A DNA stretch of 64,000 bases from Octopus bimaculoides (GCF_001194135.2 NC_068994.1:41359018-41423017); one strand, 5' to 3'; counted from the first letter of the stretch, positions 26,121 through 37,890 are shown. Notes: generated by a model from the sequence alone, not told the origin. Program-made: numbers and translations.

Positions 26121-26560
26121 CAGCCATTTTTGTTTTAATCTACAGTTAAATCTCATCGGCAGGTAAGTCATGTTTTCTTATTTTAATTCTATAAACAATA
26201 TTGACATCCTTCTTTTAGTAACTTTATACACTAACACATTTTTTTACTGTTATCTACTTATTCCATAATGTGTTAACCTTGTTTACTATAATATTATATT
26301 TTTAGATTGTAACTCTTAATAATTATATTAATACCGTTAATGTAAGGATTAGTTTACAGATTTTGTCTCTTTATATATATTTTTATCTCTCATCTTTATG
26401 TTTATTTCTTGAATGATTTTAGGTATTTTCTTAGGGATTTGACCTGAAGAGTAACTGATTTGGGGAGTAAAATCATTTCCCCGTTCTAATGAACTCGGAT
26501 AGAATTTGCTTATGATTTTATATAGTCCTATTTCAGCTATGAAATGCACGTAGTCTATGT
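26119..26560 (-). mobile_element. Possible Penelope-like remnant (linker-like peptide plus decayed hammerhead)
   Basis: ORF 26349-26549(-) IGLYKIISKFYPSS..QISYSSGQIPK..II loosely resembles the PLE RT-EN linker (..LIDKHFP..KISYSCMPN..II); CCGATGA GATTTAA..TTAAAAC AAAAATGGCTGTG at 26159-26119. Confidence 0.35.
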
Positions 26561-27288
26561 ACTAGCACTAACTTTTACATTTATACTTCCATACTGTATA
26601 TTATCGTATTAATTTTTACTGTCCAATTTATAACTTTGACTTTTAAACTTTTTCTTTAATTATTATTTCTATGATCTATTTATGTAATATATTATTTAAT
26701 TNNNNNNNNNNNNNNNNNNNNNNNNNNNNNNNNNNNNNNNNNNNNNNNNNNNNNNNNNNNNNNNNNNNNNNNNNNNNNNNNNNNNNNNNNNNNNNNNNNN
26801 NNNNNNNNNNNNNNNNNNNNNNNNNNNNNNNNNNNNNNNNNNNNNNNNNNNNNNNNNNNNNNNNNNNNNNNNNNNNNNNNNNNNNNNNNNNNNNNNNNNN
26901 NNNNNNNNNNNNNNNNNNNNNNNNNNNNNNNNNNNNNNNNNNNNNNNNNNNNNNNNNNNNNNNNNNNNNNNNNNNNNNNNNNNNNNNNNNNNNNNNNNNN
27001 NNNNNNNNNNNNNNNNNNNNNNNNNNNNNNNNNNNNNNNNNNNNNNNNNNNNNNNNNNNNNNNNNNNNNNNNNNNNNNNNNNNNNNNNNNNNNNNNNNNN
27101 NNNNNNNNNNNNNNNNNNNNNNNNNNNNNNNNNNNNNNNNNNNNNNNNNNNNNNNNNNNNNNNNNNNNNNNNNNNNNNNNNNNNNNNNNNNNNNNNNNNN
27201 NNNNNNNNNNNNNNNNNNNNNNNNNNNNNNNNNNNNNNNNNNTATATATATATATATATATATATTAAAGTTAGACAAGGCCAGTTTA

Positions 27289-27351
27289 TGGGATTACTTT
27301 AGATTTCATATCCATAAAGGGCTTGGCTTTATGGCATATCATCAGCTCCCA
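27289..27351 (-). ncRNA. Type I hammerhead ribozyme, left arm
   Basis: TGGGAG-CTGATGA-TATG CCATAAAG ccaagcc CTTTATGG ATAT-GAAA T CTAAA GTA-ATCCCA; perfect 8-bp inner stem II, stem I TGGGA/TCCCA, GUA triplet. Confidence 0.7.
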
Positions 27352-27518
27352 AAACTTGTTGGCTAAAGGCCTCAATAGTATATGGAGGAGAAAATGGCCC
27401 TGTTACTTAATGTCAGCAATGGGGATTGTTTCCCCTTGACAATCGATTGCCAATGTCAACGAAGGAGATTGTGTCCCTTTGGCTATTGAATGCCAGTGCC
27501 CCGGTTATCCCATAGGTT

Positions 27519-27890
27519 CTAATAGGCTAGCAGGAATTTCCTGAAATGTAAGCACGGTCTGAAGATCTCTGTTCTGGAGTTCAGAATGTTCCCTGGGTCG
27601 ACTGAGTCCTTTAGAAACCTCGCCTGTTCCATATGCATAATTTACAGTGGTTGGTCCCATTAATGTAGGGGCCTGGATTCTCTAGGATTCTCCATGATAA
27701 GGTGTATGGAATCCGATCATCTATTTGCTGCCATACATGGCTGGCTAATGGCGTGACAAATCTCCTTTCTGGTATCCTGAGGGAGGACCAGTTGTTAAAG
27801 AGGCATTGTTTGAATGAGTTCCCAGAACAGCCAATGTATCGCCATTGGTGGGAGTGATATGTCTGTTGGTGTTAGCAGCAGCTGGAAATT
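27519..27890 (-). pseudogene. GIY-YIG endonuclease C-terminal region of the Penelope-like element
   Basis: RYIGCSGNSFKQCLFNNWSSLRIPERRFVTPLASHVWQQIDDRIPYTLSWRILENPGPYINGTNHCKLC, then after a frameshift DPGNILNSRTEIFRPCLHFRKFLLAY*; YIG, W..L, CxLC and LNxRxE..C.H motifs. Confidence 0.85.
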
Positions 27891-28134
27891 ATGCATATCG
27901 GAATGGTCGAAGATCCTAAAGTACTCTCATGACCCAGGGAACATCCTGCACTCCAGAACGGAGGTCTTTGGACCGTGCTTACATTTCAGGAAATTCCTGC
28001 TAGCCTATTGGAACCCAAGGGATAATAGGGCCACTGGCAATTGACAGCCAAAGGGACACAACCCACATTGTTGACATTGGGTAATGGGGTCATTTCCTCC
28101 TCCATATTCTAGAGAGGCCTTTAGCCAACAGATT

Positions 28135-28197
28135 TTGGAATCTGATGATACACCATAAAGCCAAACACTTTCTGAACATGAAACCTAAGTAATCCCA
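28135..28197 (+). ncRNA. Type I hammerhead ribozyme, right arm
   Basis: TTGGAAT-CTGATGA-TACA CCATAAAG ccaaaca CTTTCTGA ACAT-GAAAC CTAA GTA-ATCCCA; intact core, mismatches in stems I and II. Confidence 0.65.
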
Positions 28198-28277
28198 TAG
28201 ACCAACCTTATCTAACTTTAATGTACACTGCTCTATAACTTAAAGTGTGCTTCTTTTTTCAAATTTTTGTTTATGGA

Positions 28278-28352
<75 letters not shown>

Positions 28353-28384
28353 NNNNNNNNNNATATATATTATATATGTGTATG

Positions 28385-28443
<59 letters not shown>

Positions 28444-28448
28444 ATATA

Positions 28449-29400
28449 CAGGGTGTGAAAGAAATTTGAGGAAAGATTTATGTTTATTAAAAAAAAAACA
28501 GAGATATTATAACAGATATTAGCTTTATTTATCAAAAAAATGCTATGTGGATAAAAATAAACCTTACTTTTCTATAAAGTTATTCAATAAAGTCACTTTC
28601 AGCTTCAACAACTGCTTCTATATGAGATCTAAATCAACTACATGATCGAAGCAAGTGGCCCTGGTTCATTTTGGACATTACTCTGACTATGTTAGCTTTC
28701 AAAGAATCTTTGGTGTTATGGGCATGTTCTCAACAACATTTCACATGTAATAGTCCAATGCATTGAGATCTGGGGAACTAGGAGGCCAAATGTTAGGGGT
28801 TCTGTGATCATGAAAATTTTCAGCCATCCATTCCTGTGTTACTAGAGCCATGTGTGATAGTGCAGAGTCTTGCTGAAACACATATGGCCTTCCATTTCAT
28901 ACACTGTCTATCCAGGGCTTAACAATTGTTTCCAGGACCTCAATGTAGGCAGCAGAGTTAACTCTAAAGCCTTGTGGAAAGAAGTAAGGAGACATCACAT
29001 GTCCTTCATTGTTGACAACCTCTAAAACCCAGTTGCAGGAAATTTTGTATGCATAACACTTGGTACTTCAGAAGGGTCTGCACATAACCATCTGCCATTT
29101 CTTCTGTTAACTTTTTGATCTTGGTCGAGGCTTTTCTCATTTGAGGAAAACCAATTCAAATTTTCTTCTAGCTCCTTACAAACCCTGTAGACGAAAGATC
29201 TGGCAACTTTTGAAAAATCGAGATATTTCTAAATCGCTGTGCTCAGCCTTTATAACCACAATAACTACATGCTTCTTCATTTCTTGAGTGAGCTGAGGGT
29301 CTGCCATTATTATTATCTGAAACAAAGATCATACAGTGTTAGCAAAAAATGCATAAATGACCCAAAATAGGTATGTCCCTCCAATATCTTACTAACCCTG
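28449..29400 (-). mobile_element. Internally deleted maT (DD37D, Bmmar1-like) Tc1/mariner transposon
   Basis: TA-flanked CAGGGT termini with degenerate ~26 bp TIRs; minus translation YVFQQDSALSHMALVTQEWMAENFHDHRTPNIWPPSSPDLNALDYY with 37 residues counted between the two D; N-terminal KAEHSDLEISRF and VMSPYFFPQGFRVNSAAYIEVLETIVKPWI also present. Confidence 0.9.
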
Positions 29401-30534
29401 TATATATGTGTGTGTGTGTGTGTGTAAGTATGTATGTGTATCTGTATATAGAGAGGTCAACATACACAAGTACACGTGTACATAGAAACATGTGCAAAGA
29501 TAAGTATTAACGTATTTGTACGCATGTTTAGCGTGAGTGAAAAATACAGACACAGGGGCGCACACAAGCAAGAACGCGTGCACACACACACACATACAGA
29601 TTTGTTTATATTAACGCGAACTAGGATTGCTGCCTATCAAAGAGATATGTGTCCCAGTAATAAACGTGGGTGAACAGAGAAGGAAATAAGTTATCCCTTG
29701 TAGAAACTAGGTCCTAACACTTGTCACAGATCATACACTGCTGAAAGCACCCAAGAGCTAGGTTTATGTTTCCTTAGCATCACGTTGAGTAAATATCATT
29801 TGCTATATTCTTAATGACAGACACACAAACACAAAGATCTCTACTACAAATATGAGTCACGTTTATCAATTACAAGGGAGGCTACCTTCTCTATTTTCAC
29901 TTCGTTTTAGACTATTTGTTAACAATAAATAACATTATTATCAATAAGCGTGACGGGACAATATTATTGCTGGCCGAGTCGATTATGTTATGTAAGAACC
30001 AATGAGTTACTTCCCTTCTAACCATAATAATTACGTCACATTCCCATCTAATTATGTTTCTTTAAAGAAGTTTGCTTATAATTGAAGGAAATGTGATTGT
30101 GTGACGTTCATGTGTTTCTACAAGGATATTAGAGAGATTACCTATCTATCACCTCCTTGTATTAGACATTTTCAAGGACGGGGAGAAGCGTTATATGGTG
30201 TTCCAACCTGCTAAAATTAACAAAACTATCTACCTGAAATCACACCTTACCTTCTTAAAAGTAAAGACACGTTGAAGAACATAGAAGTTCTTGAAGTAAG
30301 TGAAGAAAGATGGTCATAAGTGGAATGCTTTTGATCATAAGTCTTCTTAAGGTTAAACAACAAGAAGGAATTTTTTTCTGGTTTAGGCATAGTGTGTGTT
30401 GTTTGGTCCATAGATAAAATGTCATGTTTACAGAAGATGTGTGTTCTCATCTCACAGACGGTCTTCATATTTTTCCATCTAAAGAGATTTTTTAGCCTAA
30501 TATTACCATGCTATGGTTTATACTTTATTATGAT

Positions 30535-30960
30535 ATGGTGGCAGAATTGTTAGCACACCAGACAAAATGTTTACCAGTATTTTGTCTTTACATTGTGAGT
30601 TCAAATTCCACTGAGGTCAACTTTGCCTATCATCCTTTTGGGACCAATGAAATAAATAGAACACTGGGGTCAATGTAATCAAGAAGTGCTTCCCACAAAA
30701 TTTCAATCTTTGTGTCTACAATAGACAGGATTATCTATAACTTTATTTAGGTGGTGAGTTGGCAGAATCCTTAACATGCCAGATAAAATGCTTAGCAATA
30801 TTTCATCTGTTTTTAAGTTCTAAGTTCAAATTCCATCAAAGTCAACTTTGCCTTTCATCTTTTCAGGGTTGATGCTATAAGAAGCATCTGGAAATCATGC
30901 AATAAACTAGCTCCACCTCCCACAAAATTTCAGGCTTTGTGTTCATGGTAAAAAGAATCA
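30535..30960 (+). mobile_element. Two tandem SINE family B copies, diverged
   Basis: GGTGGCAGAATTGTTAGCAC..GAGTTCAAATTCC and GGTGGTGAGTTGGCAGAATCC..AAGTTCAAATTCC. Confidence 0.8.
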
Positions 30961-32044
30961 CTTGTAGTTTTCTTTCCTTCAAGTTTCACCACTCCAAAAA
31001 AGAAGTATTTCATGCTAACTGTTATATTTAAGTTCTCACTTCTAGCATAGCTGGAAGAAGAGTAGGCTTTGCAAATCAACTTGATTTCTCTGATATAAAA
31101 ATGCAAAACGTCAGAGCAAACTGGCGGTCTGCATTGAGAAAACTTTTATAGTGAAGTTCATAAATATCTATAAGTTCATAAATTAGAATGAGTTTGTATG
31201 CTATGATGGAAAGAAAAGAGAAAAACTGATGTTCCGTGACTAACCCTTTGTTTAAAAGGAAGAGAAAAATACCACTTTTACATTAGTCAAAGATAAAATG
31301 CTCACATGTAATGTGCTATCTTTACAATCCAATGGATTATAAACGCTCTCTTTTGCTTACAGATAAGGACATAGAAGCACATACAGAAACACACACAAGC
31401 ACATATGCATATGCATGCACAACTATAAACAAATGCATGCATGGTAATATACAGTGGTCAATTCTATTTACCATATAAACCCTGTCCTATAAAATGTTGG
31501 CCTTGTGACTTGTCAAGAGCAATCAGTTGATGTGTGATTGAGAAGTTCTGTGAGATAGACCACGCTAAGCAGTCATACAATCATTATTTGAAATATGACA
31601 GGAGGAAATAACATTGGCATTGTTAGGGTCTCTGCTGTTACTGCTGCTGCTGTTGTTGTTGTTGTTGTTGTTGTGGCAGTGATGATGATAATGATGATGT
31701 ATTGTTGATGTTGTTGTTGATGATGATGGTGTTGGTGTTGGTGGTGGTGTAAGTAGTAGTTATAGTAGTGCTGGTGGCAGTCGAGGTGGTGGTGGTGTCT
31801 TGTTGCTGATGCTATTGCCGTAGCTATTGGTAATTTGTTTATCCCTCAACCTCACTCCTGATTAAGCAGGCCTATGATCAAATACATTCCAGACATGACC
31901 ATCCCTTTTTCACAGAAAATCTAACTAGAAAAATCAGTGCTGGTATGATTCCGTCTCACTTGGTGTAGGTGGGGAGCTTGTCTCCCTAGTCTGTTGTTAG
32001 AAAAGTGCTCTTATATGGCTAAGAGTTGTTTTGGTTCTTATTTC

Positions 32045-32515
32045 TAGTGACTGTGTGGTTAAGAAGTTTGCTTCGCTACGACATGGTTCTGGGTTCAATC
32101 CCACCACATGGCACCTTGGGAAAGGGTTTTCATTTATAGCCTCAGGCCAATGAAAGGCTTGTGAGTAAATTTGGTATTTGGAAACTAAAGGTAGCCAGAT
32201 GTATTTATATAAATATGTTGTATGTGTGAACATGCGTGCATGTGTGTGTGGAGGGGGAGGGTGCACATGCACGTGCATGTGTGTATGTGAGAAGAAAACA
32301 AGTTAAAACATAAAATATTCCATAAGGTATCCACTCTGCACAGTGGTTGGTGTAAGGAAGGGCATCCAGCCGTAAAAACCATGCCAAAACAGAGTGAACT
32401 CTGGTGCAGTCTTCTGGCTTGCCAGCTCCCATCAAACCATCCAACCCATGCCAGCATGGAAAACGGATGTTAAATGTTAAAAGTGATGATGATGATGATG
32501 ATGATGACGACGACA
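32045..32515 (+). mobile_element. SINE A 5' half (32045-32200) followed by an RTE 3' tail (32325-32515)
   Basis: GTGACTGTGTGGTTAAG..GGTTCAATCCC..GGCACCTTGGG; then AGGAAGGGCATCCAGCCGTAAAAACC..CCAGCATGGAAAACGGATGTTAAA (GAT)n. Confidence 0.8.
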
Positions 32516-33319
32516 ACTAAAATATTATAGCCAACACATTAAGATGAACACACAATCACCACTTTACTAAGACAGTGTGACTAACACAACATCAATAATA
32601 AACCTATTCACTATTACCAACTCACTACCATTAACACACGACCACCAACAAACCAGTACATATATGTATGTATATATATAATATGAATATGCACTCATAC
32701 ATACACACACAACAGAACCATACGAACATATCTTCACTGATAAATTCAATAGACATAACTCAAAAAACACACATATAAGAAAAAAAAAACATTTTACACT
32801 TTGGTGTGAAATGTTTTTTTTTACCTGTCTGTTATACAAAACTAGCCAAATTTATCTGCACATCAACTCCAGGAATAACATAATTTTGATGTGTTAAAAT
32901 GAAGAATATAAAAGCATGAGTATATCTGATAAGGAATGAACATACAACTCTATCAACATATAAAAATATCAAGTTAAGTTATACAACTCTTTAGATTTAA
33001 CTAGATAAAGGATTTAGTGTACATTTATTATTGTATATGAATTGTACATGTTGCTTGAGTAAGAAATTTACTTTTGAGCCACAAGGTTTGGGATTTGGTC
33101 CCTCAGGAGGGCACTTTGAGTGCTTTTTGCCATAGACCCAAGTTGACCAATGCCTTGAAGCCTGATAGGGACACTGTATTTCATTATGCAACCATGAGAT
33201 TCCACCAAGTATGTTAAAGGCTTATGGTATGTCTTACCTGCATTAGCAGTGTTATTAATTCACTTTTTAAAGTTATCTCTTCAGGTATTCTTGAAATATT
33301 CTATAATTCTCTTTTATCA

Positions 33320-33770
33320 TCTATCTTTTACTGGTTTCAGTCATTAGACTGTGTCCATGCTGGGGCACCACCTTGAAGAATTTTTAGTTGAATGAATCAC
33401 CCCCAGCACTTATTTATTGTTAAGCTTGATACTTATTCTATCTATCTCTTTTACTGAACTGTTAAGTTACAGAGATGTAAACACTGATTGTCAAGTGGTG
33501 GTTGGGGACAAACACTGACACAAAGACATGCACACACAGACATACATAAACATATGGCTTTTTTCAGTTTACATCTGTGAAATACGACGGGCTTCTTTCA
33601 ATTTCATCAACCAAATCCACTCACAATGCTTTGATTGGCCAAAGGCTTTAGTACAAGAAACTTGCATAAGGTATCATACAGAAGAAGTGAACCTCTAATC
33701 ATGTGATTGGGAAGCAACCTTCTAACCACATTAATTGCTGATAAGTCCCATATTTCATTATGCAACCATA
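33320..33770 (-). mobile_element. SINE family A, near full length, diverged
   Basis: Tail TTTACTGGTTTCAGTCATT, internal CA run, ACGACGGGCTTCTTTCA, head CTAACCACA. Confidence 0.75.
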
Positions 33771-33779
33771 ATATAGCTT

Positions 33780-34078
33780 GGGGCTTCATGGAGGCAAGGC
33801 AATGACTGAGAACTTTGGCATTATGCTGTGCTTGAGAAGAAGACCCGTCAAGCCAAGCAAAATTGCTGTTGTGACAGATGCTGGTGTCAAGCAAATGGCA
33901 CCCAGCGGCATGTAAAATCACCCTTTACACTCTTTTGGTGTTAGGAAGGGCATCCAGCCATAGAAAACCATGCCAAGTCAGACTGGAGTCTGGAGCAGCC
34001 TTCTTGTTTACCAAATCCAGTCAAACCGTCCAACCCATGCCAGCATGGACAACGGACGTTAAATGATGATGATAATGA
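33780..34078 (+). mobile_element. RTE LINE 3' end: last codons plus 3' UTR plus (GAT)n tail
   Basis: GGGCTTCATGGAGGC..CATTATGCTGTGCTTGAGAAGAAGACCCGTCAAGCCAAG parallels the RTE ORF end at 19230-19290(-) and is followed by the family C tail. Confidence 0.8.
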
Positions 34079-34454
34079 ATACACTACAAAGTATGTTGAT
34101 TTCAAATTTTGACACAAGGTCAGAAATTTCAGGGCTGGAAGTAAGTTGATAACATTGACCCTAGAGCTACACTGGCATTTATTTTATTGCCCCAAAAGGA
34201 TAAAAGGCTAAGTTGCTCTTGGTGGAATTTGAACTCAGAACATAGAGACAGGCAAAATGCTGCTAAGCATTTTGCCCAGCGTACTAACGATTCTGCCAGT
34301 TCACCTTTTTTTTACATGTAAAAAGCATGTAAAAAAATGGTGCTTTTTACATGCCACGGACATGAGACCAGTCAGGCGGCACTGGCATTGACCATGTTCA
34401 TATGGTGCATTTTACATGCCACTGGCATGTGTGCCAGTCATGTGGTACTGGCAT

Positions 34455-34619
34455 CAGCCACGAATTAATCATGTAGCTATGAAATTTTGATGATGTGATT
34501 GTATATTTTATAATGGGATTGGAGTGTAAGAGTGATAGGCCAGATCTGGCTGGTTAGAACATAAAACAAGTAACATATCTCGGCCAGATATGGCTGGTTT
34601 AAATGCTAAAGAGTTAAAC
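34455..34619 (-). mobile_element. piggyBac-like MITE fragment (homolog of 53571-53790)
   Basis: Ends GGTTTAAATGCTAAAGAGTTAA; GGCCAGATCTGG/GGCCAGATATGG internal repeats shared with the 53571 copy. Confidence 0.65.
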
Positions 34620-34984
34620 ATCAATGGATTAAGTCTCTTACATCAAAACCAAAACAGTTCCTTTGGTAAGCTTCTACAAAAGTTTCTGTCTACCAAATTT
34701 TGCTCACAGTGCTTTGATTAACCTGAAGCAATGAAAGAAAACACTTGCACAAGCCCCAAGAGGAGCTTACAGTTGGATTGAACCCAAAACCTCAAAGCTG
34801 CAAAGTGAGGTTTTTGACCACAAGGCTCTCTCTAGGGTCTTCTATGATACTAAATACAAAAACACAATTACGCTTATATATGCATATACATGCACATACA
34901 TCATAATTCTCTTTAAACATATGCATACATCACATTGCATACACATACATATGTACATCACACACACACTCATGCTTGTTCACT

Positions 34985-35500
34985 TTCACAGGTTCACACA
35001 CTCACACAAAGTTAATCACATGTATACACATATTCATAAATACACACACATGCACTCTTAGATGCGTACATTACACACACACACACAAACACATGCATGC
35101 ACGTACACTTAGGTTCACGTGCATGCAAAGTTAATTACATGTATATATATTTATATTCATTTGTACACACATACATAAACACATGCACACTTAGACACAT
35201 TCACATACACACAAATCTTATCTTATAGTCATTTGCGCAAACACATACACCCACCCACACACACACACACACAAACACACAAATCCAATCACATATATAG
35301 GCATATTCATTTGCACTAACTTCCGCCCACACACACATGCACACACACAAATCTAATCACATATATAGACATATTCATTTGCTCAGACATACCTACACAC
35401 ACATACACACACACACACACACACAAATCTAATCACATGTGTAGACATATTCGTCTGCACAAACACATGCTGACATACACACACACACACACACACTTCC
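34985..35500. repeat. Minisatellite of ~70-120 bp units, each AAA(T/G)(C/T)TAATCACAT..ATATTCATTTG plus a variable (CA)n
   Basis: Units start near 35008, 35128, 35213, 35281, 35349 and 35425. Confidence 0.75.
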
Positions 35501-36465
35501 CTCCACAATCACACGTCTCCAAAAATATACCATCACACAATCAATCTCCACCGCACCGTATATCAGAACTGCAGAAACACTACTATTAGTTTATATTTGC
35601 AAACATATTCCCTCCACACACACACAGACACACACACACACGACTCAACAATTTATTGCTGGTAGCACTCCAACTAAATTGGTGTCTGAATTTTCCTGAC
35701 ACTAAACAAACATTTCTTTAACCAGACATTCAGTACATTGTCAGCTTACAGCTTTTTTCTCTACATTTCCCCCTCCCCACCGACTTTCCCTCTTGCAAAA
35801 CACCCAAGCCAAAGAATTAAAACCCTCTAAATAACTGTTACATACTTAAGAGTAACCAAATTTTAGTTGTTGTCCATCAAACCTTCGCCAGGTTAGTTGC
35901 TTGTGAGCCAAGTTTTTAAATGTCATTATTGTTTGGTCGAGGCAGTAATGTGCGGAGACAAGGAAAAACAAAATGGCTGAGTGAATTGTAATGTCAACTC
36001 GTGGTTTAAATGAGATACAGGTGTTTTTGTCATGTTTTCACATGAAATATGTAATTTCATATTGCACAAGTTCAATTAACTGCAATGTGTTGTCACCAGG
36101 TCTACCTAGAAAAGTTACTCACAACATTACTCATAATAAAATGTGTTGGCCAAGAGTAGATTTTCTTCGCTTCAGCTTGATGTTGTTACTAAGAAAACAA
36201 GATTTAAGTATTGACGCTTGGACTCTTTGTAATTTATAAAAGGGTTAATATTTCTTTCTAATTTTGGCACAAGGCCAGCAAATTTTGAGGGGAAAGGAAA
36301 TTCAGTTACATCAACAGGTAATTATTTTATCAACCCCCAAAATGATGAAAGGCAGCCTTTGAACTCAGAATGTAAAGCTTGAAGAAACACCAGAAGAAAT
36401 GTCTGTTATGCTAAAGATTCTGCCTGCTCACCACTGAACGAACCAATTAATATTAACAGTAAATC

Positions 36466-36687
36466 AAGGCAGTCAGCTGACAGAATCATTAGCACAGTAG
36501 ACAAAATGCTTAGTGGCGTCTTGTCCATCTTCTCATTCTGAGTTCAAATTTTGCTGAGGTCAGCTTTGACTTTCATCCTTTCAGAGTTGATAAAATAAGT
36601 ACCAGTTGAGCTGTGGGGGGGGGTCAATGAAATCGACTTGTCCCCTCTCCTCAAAACTGCTGGCGTTGTGCCAAAATTTTAAACCTG
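36466..36687 (+). mobile_element. Full-length SINE family B with perfect 15-bp TSD
   Basis: TATTAACAGTAAATC at 36451-36465 and 36688-36702; an older minus-strand B copy lies at ~36255-36440. Confidence 0.92.
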
Positions 36688-36979
36688 TATTAACAGTAAA
36701 TCTATGAACTAAATAGCTTGTTTCCTCTTTAGATGCCATTTTTCACTAGTGTAACTGGTGGGACTTTTAAAGGTGTGGCAATTTTGGGTCTGCTGTAGGT
36801 AGTATGTGTCTTTTGTGGGGTCCAGGGGCAGCAAACAAAAGGGCTGCTCCAGGTGGCACACACTCTAGTGCATCTCTGCATGCCTCAGTAATCATTGACC
36901 TCTATACCAAAATCTGATCATACATTATTTGGGAAAGACACAGTGGTGGTTTTTCTGTGGTCTTCTGCTAGTTTATTTA

Positions 36980-37890
36980 CAAGGAAGAAAAGGAGGGGAA
37001 GGAGGAAGAAGAAGGGGGAAGGGGGAAGAAATAGTGGAAGAAAAAGGAGGAGGAGGAAAAGGAGAAAGAAGAAAGGAATAGTTAAAGGAGGAAGAGGAGG
37101 AGAGGAGGAAGAAGAGGAGGTGGGGAAGTGTAGGAGGAGAGAAGTAAAAGAAGACTCCTTCATTACACAACTCTGCTTACGACCCTCCAGCCTCTTAATA
37201 TGCAACCCTGACCATTTCCGTCACCGATATATTTAAATATTTTGGTAAATGTAAAGAACCACTTTTATTGTTGCCATTTCAGATCACAGGAACATCAAAT
37301 AATCAAGGAAAGCCGGAAAGCACCATCAAGATGGCACTTCCTTCTCTTTTTCTTTCTTTCTCAACCTTTCGCTCTTCTTCTTCTTCTTCTTCTTCTTCTT
37401 CTTCTTCTTCTTCTTCTTCTAGTTCACCTCCTTCTCCTCCACCTCCTTCTCCTCCTCTTCCTTCTCCTTTTCCTCCTCCTCCTCCCTAAATGTTTCCATT
37501 ACTGTTTCTCTTTCTCTTACTTTGAATCAGCTTCTCGAATGTTCCTTTCCTTCAGTTGTTAGTTCAATCTCCTCCTCCCTCCCTCTTCCTCCTCGTTATC
37601 ATCATCATCNNNNNNNNNNCATCACCAGTATCATTATCATCGTCGTCGTCGTCGTCATCTTCTTCATCGTCATCATCATCATCATCATAATTGTTGTCAT
37701 CATCACCACCCTCCTCCTCGTTGCCATTGTCATCATCATCATCGTCATCATCACCTTCACCCTGAACACCATCATTATCATCATCATCATTCTCCCATCT
37801 CTCTCACCTTCTCTTTCTTCCTTTCTTTCATTTGTTCATTCCTTCCTTCTTTCTTTTCTTCTTTCTCTCTCTCTCTTCCTTTCTTATTAA
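36980..37890. repeat. Polypurine (GAG/AAG)n tract, then polypyrimidine (CTT/CTC)n and (CAT)n tracts
   Basis: Directly visible; source of the poly-R/E/L/S/P ORFs. Confidence 0.9.

Larger units (their letters stand above)
27263..28272. mobile_element. Penelope-like element in divergent inverted-repeat configuration (3' ends pointing outward), bounded by (TA)n
   Basis: 27263-27620 is the reverse complement of ~27915-28225 (about 85% by eye in the core); the central loop carries a GIY-YIG fragment; there is a hammerhead in each arm. Confidence 0.88.

Noticed and set aside
26160-26170. CAG|GTAAGT as a host-gene splice donor
   Set aside because: It lies inside repeat-derived sequence with no upstream open exon; noted only as a possible PLE intron site.
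30150-30215. Minus-strand exon-like segment after TTTTAGCAG
   Set aside because: Stop codons occur in all three frames before a good donor.
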